DNA from: Anthoceros angustus
Taxonomy: Eukaryota; Plantae; Anthocerotophyta
Assembly (NCBI GenBank): GCA_010909165.1
Contig: MU008182.1
Location: forward strand, 434,001-498,000
DNA: 64,000 bases
Direction of reading: 5' to 3'
In this document: piece after piece, positions 1 through 13,500 of the stretch
How positions within the stretch are numbered: position 1 is the stretch's first letter
How the letters are laid out: each line of letters starts with the position of its first letter
Made by a program: the position numbers and the translations under genes
Notes under the pieces: generated by a model
What the model was told of the DNA's origin: nothing
Database searches by the model: none
Seen by the model: only the letters and a program-made list of their open reading frames with translations

Positions 1-2012
1 CCGCGCAAGAAGGTTCCAGTCGGAGATGTGTACGAGGCAGCACGTGCCGGCGATGTCGACCGACTGCGCTTCTGGCTCGAGGACCAGGGCGTGGATGTGA
101 ACGCTCGGGACTGCTGGGATTCTGTGGCACTCTACTACGCCTGTCTTGCCGGCCACCTGGATGCTGCTCTCTTGCTGTTGGATAATGGGGCAATCTGCAG
201 CGAACACACCTACGATGGGGACCGATGCTACTATGCCGCACTCAATCTGCAAGTGCGTAAGCTGCTCAAAGCGTTCGAGTCCCGCCCTCCGCCGCTGCAG
301 GCTCTTCCTGCTGCTCTTCGCCAAGCTCTGTTAAGCGCAGGCGTCAACTGGGCCTACTGCGATGCGCGGGACGTTCTCGACCTCGCTGCCGCGCCATGCT
401 TGGCCTCGGACATGGTCTTTCACGTTTCTGACAAGCCAATTTCTGTGCATCGGGCACTCCTGGCTGCTCGTTCGCCTTTCTTCTGCCACAAGTTTGCCAA
501 CGAGTGGAGGGACAGGAACGAGATACGCTTCGCACGACGTAAACTTTCCTTCTCCGCACTTTTCAGCCTCCTCCACTTTTTCTATGCCGACAGGTTGGAT
601 GTGGCAGTGGAGGACATGGAAGACCTCATCAGGATCTGCAGGGTTTGCGGATGCCGCGCCCTTCAGGCGCATCTGGAGAAGGAGCTCGTGCATCAGAAAT
701 ATGCCGAGTACAAGTCTCTCCACGGGGTTGATCAGTCGCAGAGGAGATATATATTACAGGGGTCCGCTCTTCCTCAGCAGCACCGGCTGCCAGCAGCCAT
801 GCGCAATCTCTTTCTCCTCACCCTAGCCAATTCCGACACACAGCAACCTAGGGCTCATCAACGTAGAGGTCAGGACTCTCAGCAAATATCAGTATCTACT
901 GCTATGGCCGCGCATGTCACGGGTAATGGTTGCAATCCTTGTTTACAGCTACAGGAGAGGCAACAAGACACCACCTCATCATTTAATACTCCTCTGTCTC
1001 ATGCTCAACTGGAGGAGGACCATGCGGACGTATGCTTCCTTGTTGAGGGCCGGATGTTTAGAGGTCATAAGTTCATACTAGCAGCACGGTCCGAGTATTT
1101 CAGAGCAAGGTTTTGTCGAGCAACTGAAGTCGAGAATGGATCAGGGACGACCAAGGAGCTGCCCGTGCTTGAAGAACATGATATAAGCTCGAGTGCTTTC
1201 CAGAGTCTGCTGGAATTTGTGTAAGCATCCATGCCCTTTTCTTACTTCACTTGAACCCACGCCTGTTGGTTGCTCCAGGAGCAACTGAGCACATCACGTC
1301 GGTTGCTTGTCCAGGTATACAGGCACTTTGGAGAATGTCGACCCTAGTCAGGTAGGTTATTTTGTGTTTTTTTTTTCTCTTTTCTCGAAGGAGTGTCGTG
1401 CTCTTCTGGATCGGATCCTTTCGAGCTCCCTCTAATCTTGTTCTCTGGTGGTGTGCGTGTAGGCAGAGGAGATATTCGACGCAGCTTCACGGTACCTGGT
1501 GTTTAGCTTGAAGCGTGCTGTGGCTGGCGCTCTCCTGCCACAGCTGGATGTCACATCTCCTGCAGAACTGTGCAGTTGGCTGCTTATGGCTGATATGTAT
1601 GTGTGCTACTTCGTCCACCGCCCATCCGTCATGCATTTATCCCGTCCTCCACTTGGCCTCACCCCGATTTTCTTCTGTTTCTCTGGCTGTCTGCAGGTAT
1701 GGTGTGTGGAAATTAAGAGACCATTGTCTGGATGTCATGGCTCTGAACTTAAAGCTGTTTGTGTCAACCCCAGAATTCCGGGCAATGGTTGCGAGCCTTC
1801 CACCCCCGTCGGGCGAATCGTGTCTCCGGACCAGTGTCCCTGCGGCACTAGGAGAAGCAGGAAAGGGAGTGCGAGCAAACATTTTGGATGACCTTCGCGA
1901 GAAATGGCTGGCATTGGAAGGGGAGGAGCTTGACAAACGAGACCACAGTGCTGTGAAATTCGATAGGATGTTGGAAGAGCTCGTCCTTGACTTTGGAAAT
2001 GTGAATCGGTGA
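1..2012 (+). CDS. Ankyrin-repeat + tandem BTB/POZ protein (At2g04740/ABTB1-like), 5' end outside the window
   Basis: Ankyrin repeats ([30 protein letters not shown]) and two BTB domains ([12 protein letters not shown]; [12 protein letters not shown]). GT-AG exons approx <1-1220, 1315-1351, 1463-1596 and 1697-2012 join in frame. Confidence 0.92.
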
Positions 2013-2207
2013 AACGGGTGAACAAAGTTTTGGGGATACAAATATTTTTCATCACCCACGTTGACGTCGGCTCCCTGCAGCAACGTTGGTGCTTCGGCCC
2101 GCAAAACGGCTGACCGTGTAGACTACATACGTCGCACGACACACCATATCAGATACATAGATGTCTCTGTTGTGACCTGCCTTCTGAGTCGTGAAGTGGT
2201 GTGTCCG

Positions 2208-2290
2208 GGGCGTCTGCTCATCGTCTGGGGCGTCTGCTCATCGTTTGGGGGCGTCTGCTCATCGTTTGGGGGCGTCTGCTCATCGTTTAG
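2208..2290. repeat. Short tandem repeat, about 21-bp unit x4 (ggcgtctgctcatcgtYtggg)
   Basis: Visible directly in the intergenic region between the BTB and epimerase genes. Confidence 0.8.
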
Positions 2291-2450
2291 GTCGTCTGTG
2301 CGAGTAACCGAGTCAGTCTTGGGCAGGTTTGCAGGGGTTCCGCGGCAGGTCTGCTCGTAGTAGCGGCTGTGGTATGGAAAATCAATTCTGACGCGTAGCT
2401 ATTCAGAAAGGAACCACGACATAAACAAGGAATCTGCACCGCGTAAGAGG

Positions 2451-4646
2451 ATGATGGATGTGGTGAAGGAAGCAAATGGCTTAGATAAGATCATCCTCCG
2501 AGACCCTCGAGGACCATCTGCCCAGGTAAAGGTGTTACCCCTCTTTACCCTGATCGCCATCCTATGGCACCCCAATTGTCCTCGGTTCACTTCACATTGC
2601 CTCCTTGCCCTCGTCCTCCACCACTTGTATCACTCCTGTTCGGTTGCGGGTTACGGGCGGGAGATTGCATGCCCTCTTTCTGAGACACCTAGTAATGTAC
2701 GCGTATGAGCACGGGAACCTCACCTACCATGATTGCTGCCTTCTTCCTGAGTTGCTGAAGGCTAACTCTTGTCTCCCACTTAGCTCCCTTGCAGATCCAG
2801 TTGTATGGCGGGCATGTAACGTCGTGGAAAAATGATAAAGGAGACGAGCTGTTGTTTTTGAGCAGCAAGGTTGGATTTAGTCACCACCGCTACCCCCCTG
2901 CTCCTCTGACACCATAAATGCACTGTGCTCCTGCATTCTTTCGTTGCGGGTTGTTAACAATGCTGCTCTCCAGGCGATTTTCAAACCTCCAAAGGCAATC
3001 AGAGGTGGGATTCCAATCTGCTTTCCGCAGGTGAGCATCCATGTCTTGTGCCTCTTCCACACACTCTAAGCACTGACGATTGCCACATTTTCAAAATTCG
3101 TCTAACACTGTATTGCTCTCTGCTCCCAGTTCGGTGGCTTTGGACCCCTAGAGCAGCATGGCTTTGCACGAAATCGAGTTTGGCAACTTGATCCTAATCC
3201 ACCACCTGCTGTCAGCAACAAGACCTCGGTTGATTTGGTTTTGAAGCATACAGAGGAGGAATCGAAGATTTGGCCGCACAGGTGAGAACGACGTCGATTT
3301 GCTTGTCTGTCTTCGCAGTACTTGAGCAGTGTTCAAAACCTCCTCCTGAGCCCATGACCTATCTTCGTTGCCTGTTGTTAGCATTCCGTATATATGTTGG
3401 TTAAACTGATGAGCGTCAAGGATTGCTCTTGTTGCTTTTTTACATAGTATGATGTTGTTCATTGTTGATGTGGCACAGTTTTGAACTTCGACTGCGGGTT
3501 GCTCTCGGCTCCTCTGGAGATCTCACTTTGACATCACGGGTTCGAAATACAGACAGCAAGCCCTTTTCATTCACATTTGCATTCCACACCTACCTTTCTG
3601 TTTCAGACATCAGGTCTGCTCCAACTCACTTAGCGATGTCCATAGACTTTGCAGTGCATCTGGTGCCTGTTAATCCTAGATGTAAGAGAAGGAAGGCAGA
3701 TTTTCTTATTGTATGCTCTTGCATCATGAGTCTTTGGATGAACTTAATTTTTTTCCAGCTAATGAGCAAACAAGTTCTTTTTACTACTTGCGCTCTCTAG
3801 CTTGAAGAACTGCTGAAATGACAACTCCATAAAGCCATAAGTTAATCCATCAGGCCACCTAAGGCTTCTCTTTCTGGGGGTGGAAGGATACGGTAGATAG
3901 TTGAACAATAATCATTTGATTTTCTGTCTTTGTTTATGATCACACTAGTATCAGTTGGAGAAAAGCCAAGAAGAGGAGCTGCAGCTGTCAAATAGGTGTA
4001 ATTTCTATCTGTTTGTGTGGCTGCTGCAGTGAAGTCAGGATAGAGGGTCTCGAGACTTTAGATTATCTGGACAATTTGCAGAAACAGGAACGCAAGACTG
4101 AACAAGGAGATGCTCTAACTTTTGATGAAGAGGTACTGCTATCATACACATTCCCTTCTCTGTCAATTCCTGTTGGTAAGCCAAGTGGGCTAGCACTGAT
4201 TCAGTCTCTTGCAAAGCCAGGTGGATAGAATATATCTTGGCACGCCTACTAAGATAGCTGTTATTGATCATGAGAAGAAAAGAACTTATGTGCTTAAGAA
4301 AGAGGGCCTACCTGATGCAGGTGTGATATTCTGTCACTGCAATTAGTTCGAAGTTGTGTTTGCACGTATATGTACCAGTTGATGGTTTTCTCCTGTACTG
4401 CTGCTGGTATACTTAATGGGTCACGCTGGTGTAGTGGTCTGGAATCCTTGGGAGAAGAAGGCAAAAGCGTTACCAGATTTTGGTGATGACGAGTACAAGC
4501 ATATGTTATGCTTGGAGGCAGCTGCTGTGGAGAAACCAATCACTTTGAAGCCTGGTGAGGAATGGAAAGGGCGACAAGAGTTATCTGCTGTGCCATCAAG
4601 CTATTTCAGTGGACAACTAGACCCTCGGAGGGTCCTTCAGGGATAA
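2451..4646 (+). CDS. Glucose-6-phosphate 1-epimerase / aldose 1-epimerase family, multi-exon
   Basis: Exon peptides LYGGHVTSWKN, KPPKAIRGGIPICFPQ, QHGFARNR, FTFAFHTYLSVSDI, VVWNPWEKKAKALPDFGDDEYKHMLCLEAA, separated by GT-AG introns. Confidence 0.92.
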
Positions 4647-5470
4647 CAAGGTTGTCCGAGGGTGAAAGGTACAAGCAAACAGTGCAGCAGTTGGGAGAAC
4701 ACTGTTTTGCCGTAGCCTTGGTAGCATCTCAGCTGACAAGGGACGATGGCATCACCTGGGGCCCTAATAAGGTGACTTATCTGACAACTGGGAGTCGGAG
4801 AGCAACCTAACAAAAGGGAGGTATGGATGTGGCTGAAGCCCAATATCTGCCTGTCCAGGATGAATGCCTTTAACCCGACCTTTGAGGCTGTGTGTATCAC
4901 GGAAGTTGAAATCTGGCTTTGTAGACGTGGCTAACAGCAGTAGACGGGCTGTTTACTAGTGATTGGCTTGAATCTGACGTTAGTATCACTAAGTAAGGAG
5001 CTGTTGGCTTTGAGATTATTCATGAAGACACAACGCCATCCTATCCCTCTTCAGTCAGGCACCTTGACCACCTGTTTGCAAGATGTCTAATTTATCGGCG
5101 CCAACAATGACTTCTTGGGCAACGTGATTGTTGAGCCTTGATACACTGCCCTTGCTAGCACCAACCACATCCGATTCATTCCAATAATGTTCCAACAGCT
5201 AGAACAAGGGTTACTACATAGTCTCTTTGAGGATCTAGTAGGTTCTCGTATGCTGTTATGTCTGCTTGATATGCGGCAATCAGGCTTGTTGTGGCCACAC
5301 TCCTGAAGCAATGCGTCCAGAAGTAGCGCAGAGTCACGGCTGTGCAGGTGGTGATTGTGAGACGGAAAATAGTGTTTTTCTGTAATTGCGTGTTTAATGT
5401 TACCAACGTTGCCAAGTTCAGCACGGCAGTAAGTGTGAGCATGTGCTTGGAAGGGAAAAGTGGAGGGATG

Positions 5471-7159
5471 CTAGGCCCCATAACGGCGCAATACTTTGGT
5501 AAGGGCAGGCATGACGTTGTAAGCAACGAAGGACCTCCGGAGCTCTATAATGGAACCTACAATGATGAGCATAGAAGTGAAGCCGATAGCGCTGCCCCCT
5601 GCATTACTGAGTGATCGAAACTTATAGTCCACCACTGTAGACACTGTGACAAGCAAGCCCAACGACAAGCCTCCCCAGAACCGTGTGGATGCCTGCACCT
5701 TGTTCAAATATTCTATAGTCTGCCGGCCTGGTTTCACTTTTGGAATCCTCGCTCCGATCTTTAGCATGTAGTTGGCAATTTCCTTGGGAGTATCACTGAT
5801 GTCCAGGACGTTGAACACGAAAATGAAGAAGATGCTAAGCGAGTAGTAAATCCAAGGCTGCGCTCCCGGAGCAGGTGGCAAGGCAGGGTTGAGAAGCTCT
5901 GTCAACCTGACCCAAAAGGGACTCCTGGTGAAAGCTGCAAGGATGCCTGGCAGGGCCATAAGATACGTTGTGGCCAGCACAGGCTGCATCCCTCCTGGAT
6001 TCAGGTTGAAGGGGATATAAGGTTCCACCTCAGGAGTTGCTACCCCCAGCCTGTACAAAAACTCAGCCCCGCTGCTGGTCGGGGCCAGCTCAAAATTGTA
6101 GTACTGCAGCTTCACCTTCCGACGACCCTCGGTCACCAGCACTGCCCACATTGTCATGATCAAGAAAATGGCGACGAAGAGTAAAATCTGCGGTCCCCAG
6201 CTTGCACCACCACGGGACAGGTTGGAGATGATGTTGAACAGCGTGTCCGAATAGCCTGTAAGGATACCCACACAGATGATGAGGGATGACCCATGTCCAA
6301 ACCCAGCTTCCGTCGTTTTCTCACAAATGGCATGCATCAGCATGGCCCCCGCTGCTAGGAGGCCTGTGGTCACCGCCACATATCCGAACCTATTCTTGGC
6401 AGCATAGATAGAGTAGGAAGCTGAGTGAAACGCCAGCACAATGGCCTCCACTACAGCCACTGCCAATGACAGCCACCAAACGTATCTCTGGATTCTCTCG
6501 TTACCGTCAATGCCTTCCTTCCGAATTTTAATTAGACCTGGGACCATGTTACATCCAAGTTGCAATACAATGGATGCAAAAATGTAGGGGCTTATACCAA
6601 GCTGGAACAGCGACAATTTCAGCTCTGGCACCAACTCTCCCACTTCCTCCGCTGTTCCGAGTACAAAGCCCAGGTAGTTCCCTGGCATGAAGCGCCGATC
6701 GAACCCGGGTAAAGGGATGAAGTAGCCCACCCGGCTGGCCATAAGCAGTAGAACGGTAACACATATCCTGCGCCTGATCTCACTCTTGAAGAACGCCTGT
6801 GCAGCGTCGTTGAAGGATATGCTCCACTTCGTCAGCTGTAAAACACCGCTCCTGAACTTTTTGGGCCTCATTACAGTCGACGGAGGTGCTCCACGCAAAT
6901 CGCTCGGGGCCTCTTCTGGGTCTGCACCCCTACATACAGTGACGCCAATCGTTGGCTTGCTTCTGCTCTCCACTCGATTGCGCCTGTGGCACTCTCCCCT
7001 ATGGCGAGAAGGGATTGCCAATCGCCTTCGCACATCTCTACTTCCCAACTGTACGCCATGAAGAAGAAGCTCGGAGCTGCGCCATCTGCTGCTGAGCCGC
7101 TGCTCATTTCCAGAGCCTGCAAAAAGTTGGCAACTCGACACGCTTCTCAGCGTCGCCAT
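5471..7159 (-). CDS. SCY2: Plastid preprotein translocase SecY2, intronless, with N-terminal transit-peptide-like region
   Basis: 562-aa ORF from the ATG at 7159. SecY motifs RVGYFIPLPG, SLFQLGISPYI, GFGHGSSLII, PYIPFNLNPGGMQP, KPGRQTIEYL, and the SCY2-type C-terminus (YNVMPALTKVLRRYGA). Confidence 0.93.
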   Translation of the reverse strand: MATLRSVSSCQLFAGSGNEQRLSSRWRSSELLLHGVQLGSRDVRRRLAIPSRHRGECHRRNRVESRSKPTIGVTVCRGADPEEAPSDLRGAPPSTVMRPKKFRSGVLQLTKWSISFNDAAQAFFKSEIRRRICVTVLLLMASRVGYFIPLPGFDRRFMPGNYLGFVLGTAEEVGELVPELKLSLFQLGISPYIFASIVLQLGCNMVPGLIKIRKEGIDGNERIQRYVWWLSLAVAVVEAIVLAFHSASYSIYAAKNRFGYVAVTTGLLAAGAMLMHAICEKTTEAGFGHGSSLIICVGILTGYSDTLFNIISNLSRGGASWGPQILLFVAIFLIMTMWAVLVTEGRRKVKLQYYNFELAPTSSGAEFLYRLGVATPEVEPYIPFNLNPGGMQPVLATTYLMALPGILAAFTRSPFWVRLTELLNPALPPAPGAQPWIYYSLSIFFIFVFNVLDISDTPKEIANYMLKIGARIPKVKPGRQTIEYLNKVQASTRFWGGLSLGLLVTVSTVVDYKFRSLSNAGGSAIGFTSMLIIVGSIIELRRSFVAYNVMPALTKVLRRYGA

Positions 7160-7769
7160 GCTCACCGCGCGCTACCCAGTAGATCACACGTCATGTAGAT
7201 ACTGCCACCATTGCACTGTCCCTCAAGTAGGATTCTCCATGGCTACATCCGAACTCTTCCACAGTCGCGCTACTCCCTGCCGCGCCGCACGGGTTTCCTC
7301 TCAGTTAAACCCCTGAAGAGCCCTCCGTCGTGACCTGGTTACAGAACAGACTGGTACCCACCTATAAAATTGTAAATAAGCAGGGCACGATTAATGCCCG
7401 GTCACTATAGTTCGTCGGGGTTTAATGCGAGGTTGCCTTAATCTAGTGGGGCCCACCACTCACTCTCTCTCCTCCCGTTGCCACCGGCACGGTCTGCCGG
7501 TCTTCGGCGCCAAGCGGCTCATGTCATGCCTCATGTATGAGCATGAGCTCATGCTTATGACCATGTGTGCTTGCTCATGGCATGCATGTCATACAGAACC
7601 CTAAATTGCAGTTTGAAATGGAAAGTAAGCATCATTTTTGGCGGGTTCATTTCACACTGAACTTGATTAAGCAATACCTCCGTGCAGCTCGTATTCTGAA
7701 CACCGAATTGTGACTTGCAACGGCAACTAAGATGGAAATCGAAGATCTTCCCAAGAGCCGTCAGGTGGC

Positions 7770-9470
7770 TTGTTCAACGTGCAGCATTTAAAGTTTTCAC
7801 CCACTATTATAGTAAGACGGTATGAGCTTACTTCTAAGGATTGCGTGCCCACTATCTCTAGATTTGCCATTATTCCATGGAACAGGGTGTCTGACTTGGT
7901 GTTAGGAGAAAACAAGAATGCGCAGTTCCCCACATACTTTTGGAAGGAGACGGATAAGAAGCAAGCTGCCTCCAATAGCAGCCGTACAACTAATGTTTGG
8001 GCTTATTTGTGCCACACGAAATACTGGTGTGCATTTGGGAAAGCTGATCTTCGTGATGATAATGCGGCAAAAGCAGGCTTCAGCGGTGTAGGAAAGCGAA
8101 AGCCAAGATCTTGAGAGGTCGAGTATCAAACATGGTTGCAGTACCACTTTGATGTGAAGCGACTTGCTATCAGCCCTGGCATTGTGTTTGTGATTCATTT
8201 GAACATAGACCAATGCGGACAAATCGCCACGGACGATATCTGACCCTCGCTCAAGGTTTGCTGCGTTTAAGTGAGGACATCCGTCTCTGTGTGGTAGCGT
8301 TTGTTGGTGTAACAAAGAGGCAGATATACCTCGAGCATGTGGAGCAAGTAGAATTGAAAGCACAAGCTGGTGATTATGAACCTTGTCGCGATGATTTTTT
8401 ACAGCCACATGACATTAACAACATTGCCTCTCAATTGTTTGCAGGGTTCTATCAGTATCACCCCAGCGATAAGATTAGTGTTGGTTTGTGGATAGAGGCT
8501 CACAAGGACCTTGTCTGGTATCACTCTATTTCCTTCCCCTTAGTGATTGGCTTGCAAATTGATTTCCAGCGTTCCATGATTCTGCAGTTTGGGAATGGGA
8601 ATGTCATATCCATGGATGCCACGTTCGGGACCAACAAATACAAGTTTCACCTGTACACACTTTTGGTGTTTGATAGTTACTATAACGGAGTGCCTGTTGC
8701 TTGGATTGTTATACATAGTGGGACAACAGTAGATATTCAGTCTTGATTGCAAGCTTTCAAGAACCAGTAGGCACTGCCCGGAATGGCAACAAAGTGCCTT
8801 TCGGTAGCGATCGATAGAAATTGCAGCCATTCACAATGTATGGGCGGTTCCGGTGTTGTTATGCTTGTGGCATGTCGAGAAAGTGCTGGTTCGACATTTG
8901 TTGTTGAAGGTCGGGCTGGGAAGTTCGGTTGCAATCTTCCGGTCCTTATGTATGTACCTATCCGGCGGTGGCAAATGAAGATGAGGCCCACAAAATGCTG
9001 CAACAAGTGTATGTAGATTTTGGAGACAGCGCTCCGAGTTTCATTGAGTATTTCAAGAAACAATGGCACGGTGTGCTTCTCTTATGGTTAAAGGGTATCA
9101 GAACTATGAGGCCAAGATTGTAACTCTGCTATCGAAGCCTGGCATGGGTTTTTGAAGTCTCTGTTATACCATGATTTTGTTAGGCTGCGAGGAAGACGGT
9201 TGGATTGGTTGCTCCACACTCTCGTGGAAACAATAAGCAAAATCTACTGGTATAAGCATTTCACAAAGGACCATGGATTCAGGTACAATGTAAGGGAAGC
9301 AGCAATCGTGAACAATGCAATCTTGGGTTTCCAATCCATTCCTCAATTTGTCACATTACCAACCACAATTGATCCAATGTCGAATCAGTTCTACCAATGA
9401 TTCATCATCGTCAATGCATTCTACTCGGAGAACGCCTCCTCATCACCAATGTCCTTCTCAAGAGATCATG
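7770..9470 (+). pseudogene. MULE (Mutator-like) transposase remnant, frameshifted
   Basis: SMDATFGTNKYKFHLYTLLVFD..GVPVAW (MULE domain), CLWHV-like motif near 8865, and NSAIEAWH..LK..RRLDWLLH.L. Truncated by the LTR starting at 9515. Confidence 0.8.
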
Positions 9471-9514
9471 CTTGGACCATGAGGCTTCGAGCTTCTAAAG
9501 AACCAACCTTTCCT

Positions 9515-9917
9515 TGAAGTGTGTAGCACTTCCACAAGCGGCTTTGCTAAGATTAGGAGGTGCGGTCGTCCGAGGGATCATGTTCATAAGAGTAACTACT
9601 CTCCACCACTCCTTTAGTACGCTCCAAAGCACAAATACTCATCCCGCCACTGCAATGAATCTGCTTCGTAAGGGTATTAAAGCCCAATGTACTTAGACTA
9701 ATACACTAAGTCTAAGTTAGGTGTCAGCTATATCATTAGTTTAATACTAATCACTAGGAAGCTTCTATGCTCCTAGGGGCTTCTTGTGGAGCTTCCTAAG
9801 GAGCCTCATTGGAGGTATAAATACCCTCCAAAGCCTCATCTCAAGGTGAGAGAGTTACTCTTGCTTCCTCCTCTCCTCTCCTCTTTCCACCATCATGGGT
9901 TGCCATACGATCCTTCA
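9515..9917 (+). mobile_element. 5' LTR of an LTR retrotransposon (TGAAG...CTTCA)
   Basis: Inverted 5-bp termini, an internal tataaata box near 9816, and a primer-binding site immediately downstream. Confidence 0.75.
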
Positions 9918-9919
9918 AC

Positions 9920-9932
9920 TGGTATCAGAGCC
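9920..9932 (+). promoter_or_regulatory. Primer-binding site for initiator tRNA-Met (TGGTATCAGAGCC)
   Basis: Canonical plant LTR-retrotransposon PBS, 2 nt after the CA end of the LTR. Confidence 0.85.
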
Positions 9933-10559
9933 ATGGCTTGGTTTTTCTGTGATGCTAGAATTTTCTAGCTGCAGGGGATGGCGGCGAGTAGGAATTGCAG
10001 TGATCCACATCATGGCGAGGGCTGCGAGCCATGCAGGCGTGAGGCGGGCGAGGCCATGAAGCTGCTGGAGCCGCGTTCGCCACCGCGGCGGCCCGTAAGG
10101 CGAGGCCGTGCGAGCGGCGCGGGTCAGGCGGGCTGCGGCGGCGGCTACCGTGACAGGCACACTTGCCAAGCGCCAGCAGCCTTCAAGGATGTAGGCAGAA
10201 AGCGCGGGCCACCAAGCTTGGACGCTAAGACACCACGGACGCCGTGTGGAACACAAAAGTTTGGGCAACCAGTCCAAAATGGCCAGAGGATGAACGAGTT
10301 TGATTTTTTTTTGGCTAATAACGATTGAAGAGGGGCATGTTGGGAATTTTCTGAGAAGCTTGGAGCTGGAGTTGTAGGATATTGTTAGGGAGGCAGAGAG
10401 GATATCTCAGGGAGAAGAAACGGGTCAAAATGACCCAGCCGGGTGCAAGGGCAAATCAAAGGGTAGGTCATCACAGTAGGGTCGCCACGCCACGCCGGTA
10501 GGTCGAGCAGAGTATCACCAGAGCGTATCACTACATGGTAGGTCGACTAGATCTCGAAA

Positions 10560-13500
10560 AAGGAAATTAGAATAGGGGATATCCACTATATATGCTCACC
10601 AATAGGGAATAATATGAATAGTAATTAGAAGATTAATTAGGGGTAGCGGATAGGGGCGGGGAAAATAGCGATTCGATAGGATTAGGTATTTTAGAATGAT
10701 AGACCCAATCTAGGTCGAGCGACCTCCATGTATGCGCCATCCAAGGAGGGCAAAGTGCAGTTTGGAGCAGCACCAACTCTCTCTCCGAACTGTGGCGTCC
10801 TCACTTCGCGAAGAGATGAGACTGGAGCTGGAGCGTAAAAGGAAAGGGAGAAGGAAGGTTGTCATCATCGACGCCATCGCCATCACTGCTGAGCCCGAAG
10901 AAGAGGGAGGGAATTGCGCGCCAGCTGAGAAGGAGGAAGAACCCTAGCCACAAGCTGAGCGCAAAGCGGAAGAAGGAAAGGAGAGGGACGCCGGGCGCTG
11001 TGGCACCTTCCAGACGTTGTGCGCTGCCAAAGGAGGGAAGTCTTCTCGACACCGCGAGCATTGGAGGGAGCTGTCAAGGGCAGGCGGTGCAAGGTTGAGG
11101 AAATTGCGAGCAAAGGGAGGAACACCGCGACCACCTGCCGGCGGCGCCTTGCCCTGGAAAGAGAAATCGCGAGGAAAATTGGCAACAGCTAGGGAGCGTC
11201 ACCAAGCCTAACGTGGGAATTGTGTCTCAGGAGGGGTTTGCTGCCAGTCGAGAGGAGGAGGAGCGTTTGGGAGCGAAGCCCGAGGTTGTCAATTGGGAAG
11301 TAACTTACTCAGAAGCGCTTGGAAAGTGAGAAGGCGCTATTCCTCGAGCAGGAAAAGGCAAGGGGAAGGAACCGCCTGTCAAGGGCTCCTCCTCGCGAGG
11401 TGGGAAAGGAAAGAAGGCAGCAGCGGAGGCTGCGCCGCCAAGAGGGGGTGAAGTCGAGATGCCCCAATTCACTTGCTGCGGGCAGCTCAATCCAGCGACT
11501 TGGTGGATTTCGTGATGTGAGGAAGATAACATCCAATTGGGATGGGTGTATGGCGCCAATGGGCCTACACCAATTTGGAATTGATTAAGTGTTATATCAA
11601 CCTCCATCAATGAAGCAGCCCTCGCCCGCGTTGCGGGGAATGCTCGGGCGATCAGCGTTCTTTGGGGATCCGGAGCATTCGACAGTGTATGGAAGGCGGA
11701 GGAGGAGGGCTTGGAATCGCTCTCCTCGAGAGACGAATGGAGGAAGAGGATCTCCCTCAGAAATTCCGCAGGAGGTCCACGGATATGATGGACGAAGGAG
11801 TGAAGGCCACGCCAAAATGGCTGGAAGACGGATAGCATCAAGGAGCTGAAGTGGAGGCTCTTTGCGAAGATTGTGTTGGGGTTGGTGAATTACCAACGGA
11901 CGTCTTATTTCAGCACCAACTTCCTCCAGTTCTTGTGGAAGATTTCGCGAGGAGCTAAGCCGGATTGGGGGACGATTATGTATGAGGCCTACATACATCA
12001 CAGGGAGAAGCTTCTTAGGCCAAATTCGGTGGATGAGGAAGGGCCAAGGCCCTGTTATCTTAGCACCTACTTGGTGCACTTGTGGGAAACGGAGGGGCTC
12101 TTGACCAGCAAAGAGCTTGAGGATGCGTGGCATCCTTTTGAAGTCATTCACCTCCAGCCAAGCTTAGAGAGGCCCCTTTGCATTGAGGAGGACCATGGGA
12201 GGACCTCCACAAGCACACCAGATGAGGAGGTGGAGGCAAAGGTTCTTGGGAGTGGAGGCTTTTCCCCACAAGAGCAAGGAGGAGGAGGCAAGACAGCCAA
12301 GGAGGGCCAAGTGGTAGTTTATGAAAGAAGAACTACGCTCTAAGGGTGGGAGTCCCACCATTGCATGGTGCCTAGGGAAGAGGCACCCGGCAACCAGTGG
12401 AGGCGGCCTACCCAGGGGCGAGACTACTGCGTGTAGGCGATCGACCTACGGTTAGTAGATAGACTACATGGGGAGCGACCTACAGTGGCGGGCACCTATG
12501 CCGGTAGGCGAGCCGGCCTCTGGCGGTAGGGAAGGGCAAGGAGAAGCGGTAGGCATGGCGCGCCGAGCCGCCATCCCGCATTAGGTGGGAGGCGGATGGG
12601 GCGATGAGGGGACCTGTCGCTGATGGGCCCAGTGGTCTGAGAGCTGGAGATTTCAGCAAGAGGCAAGTAGGGGAATTTGGGCCCTTGGGAGACTTCTTTG
12701 GGTGCTTGTGAATCGGCCGTGTAGACTTGAAGGGGCTAGGAACTACTGACCTCCTTGGGCATGTCGGGGAAGTCAAGGCCCGGAGATGACCGAGAGGAGG
12801 CAGGACCAAATGGCAGGCCATGGAGTCCAAGCGGGCGCCAAGTTGGAGAAGGGTGTAGAGTAGCAACCTTGTGGCCGGCAGCGCGGCGTACCAGACGTCG
12901 ACCAACGCGACGAGTTACCCGACCGGGGCAGCCCCTATGCGACGGGCGGCGTGGGATCGACCACGACCAGTTCGACCGCTCCGGCGCGTCTTCGACGCCC
13001 TGGACGCCGGGCAGCACCGGTCGCACCGGGCTGTCGCTCGATCGGCTGGAAGCGGGTAAGCCCAGGCCGCCGCATCGTCCGCCTACGGCTACCAGACTTC
13101 CGTACCCGACGTCGACCAGCGCTCCCGCGACGGCGGCGACTCCCCGGCGACCACCAGCGCGGCGAAGGCTCCCGCCTCAGCTGCGTACGCCCCAGCGTCG
13201 ACGGCGTACGCTCCCACGAGCGNCAATGAATAGGGGATATCCACTATATATGCTCATCAATAGGGGAATAAATATATAGGTTAATTAGGGGTGGCGGCTA
13301 GAATAGAAAAGATAGGCGCTTAGATAGGATTAGGATTTTGTAAATGATGAACCAAATCTAGGGTTGTTCCTCGGTGTGATCATCCAAAGAAGGCAAAGTG
13401 CGGTTTGGGGGCAACTTCCTCTTCGAGTGGCGTCCTCACTTCACGAAGAGAGGCTGAGGTGGGCGTAAGGGGGCGCGAGAAGGCCATTATGAGTGTCATT

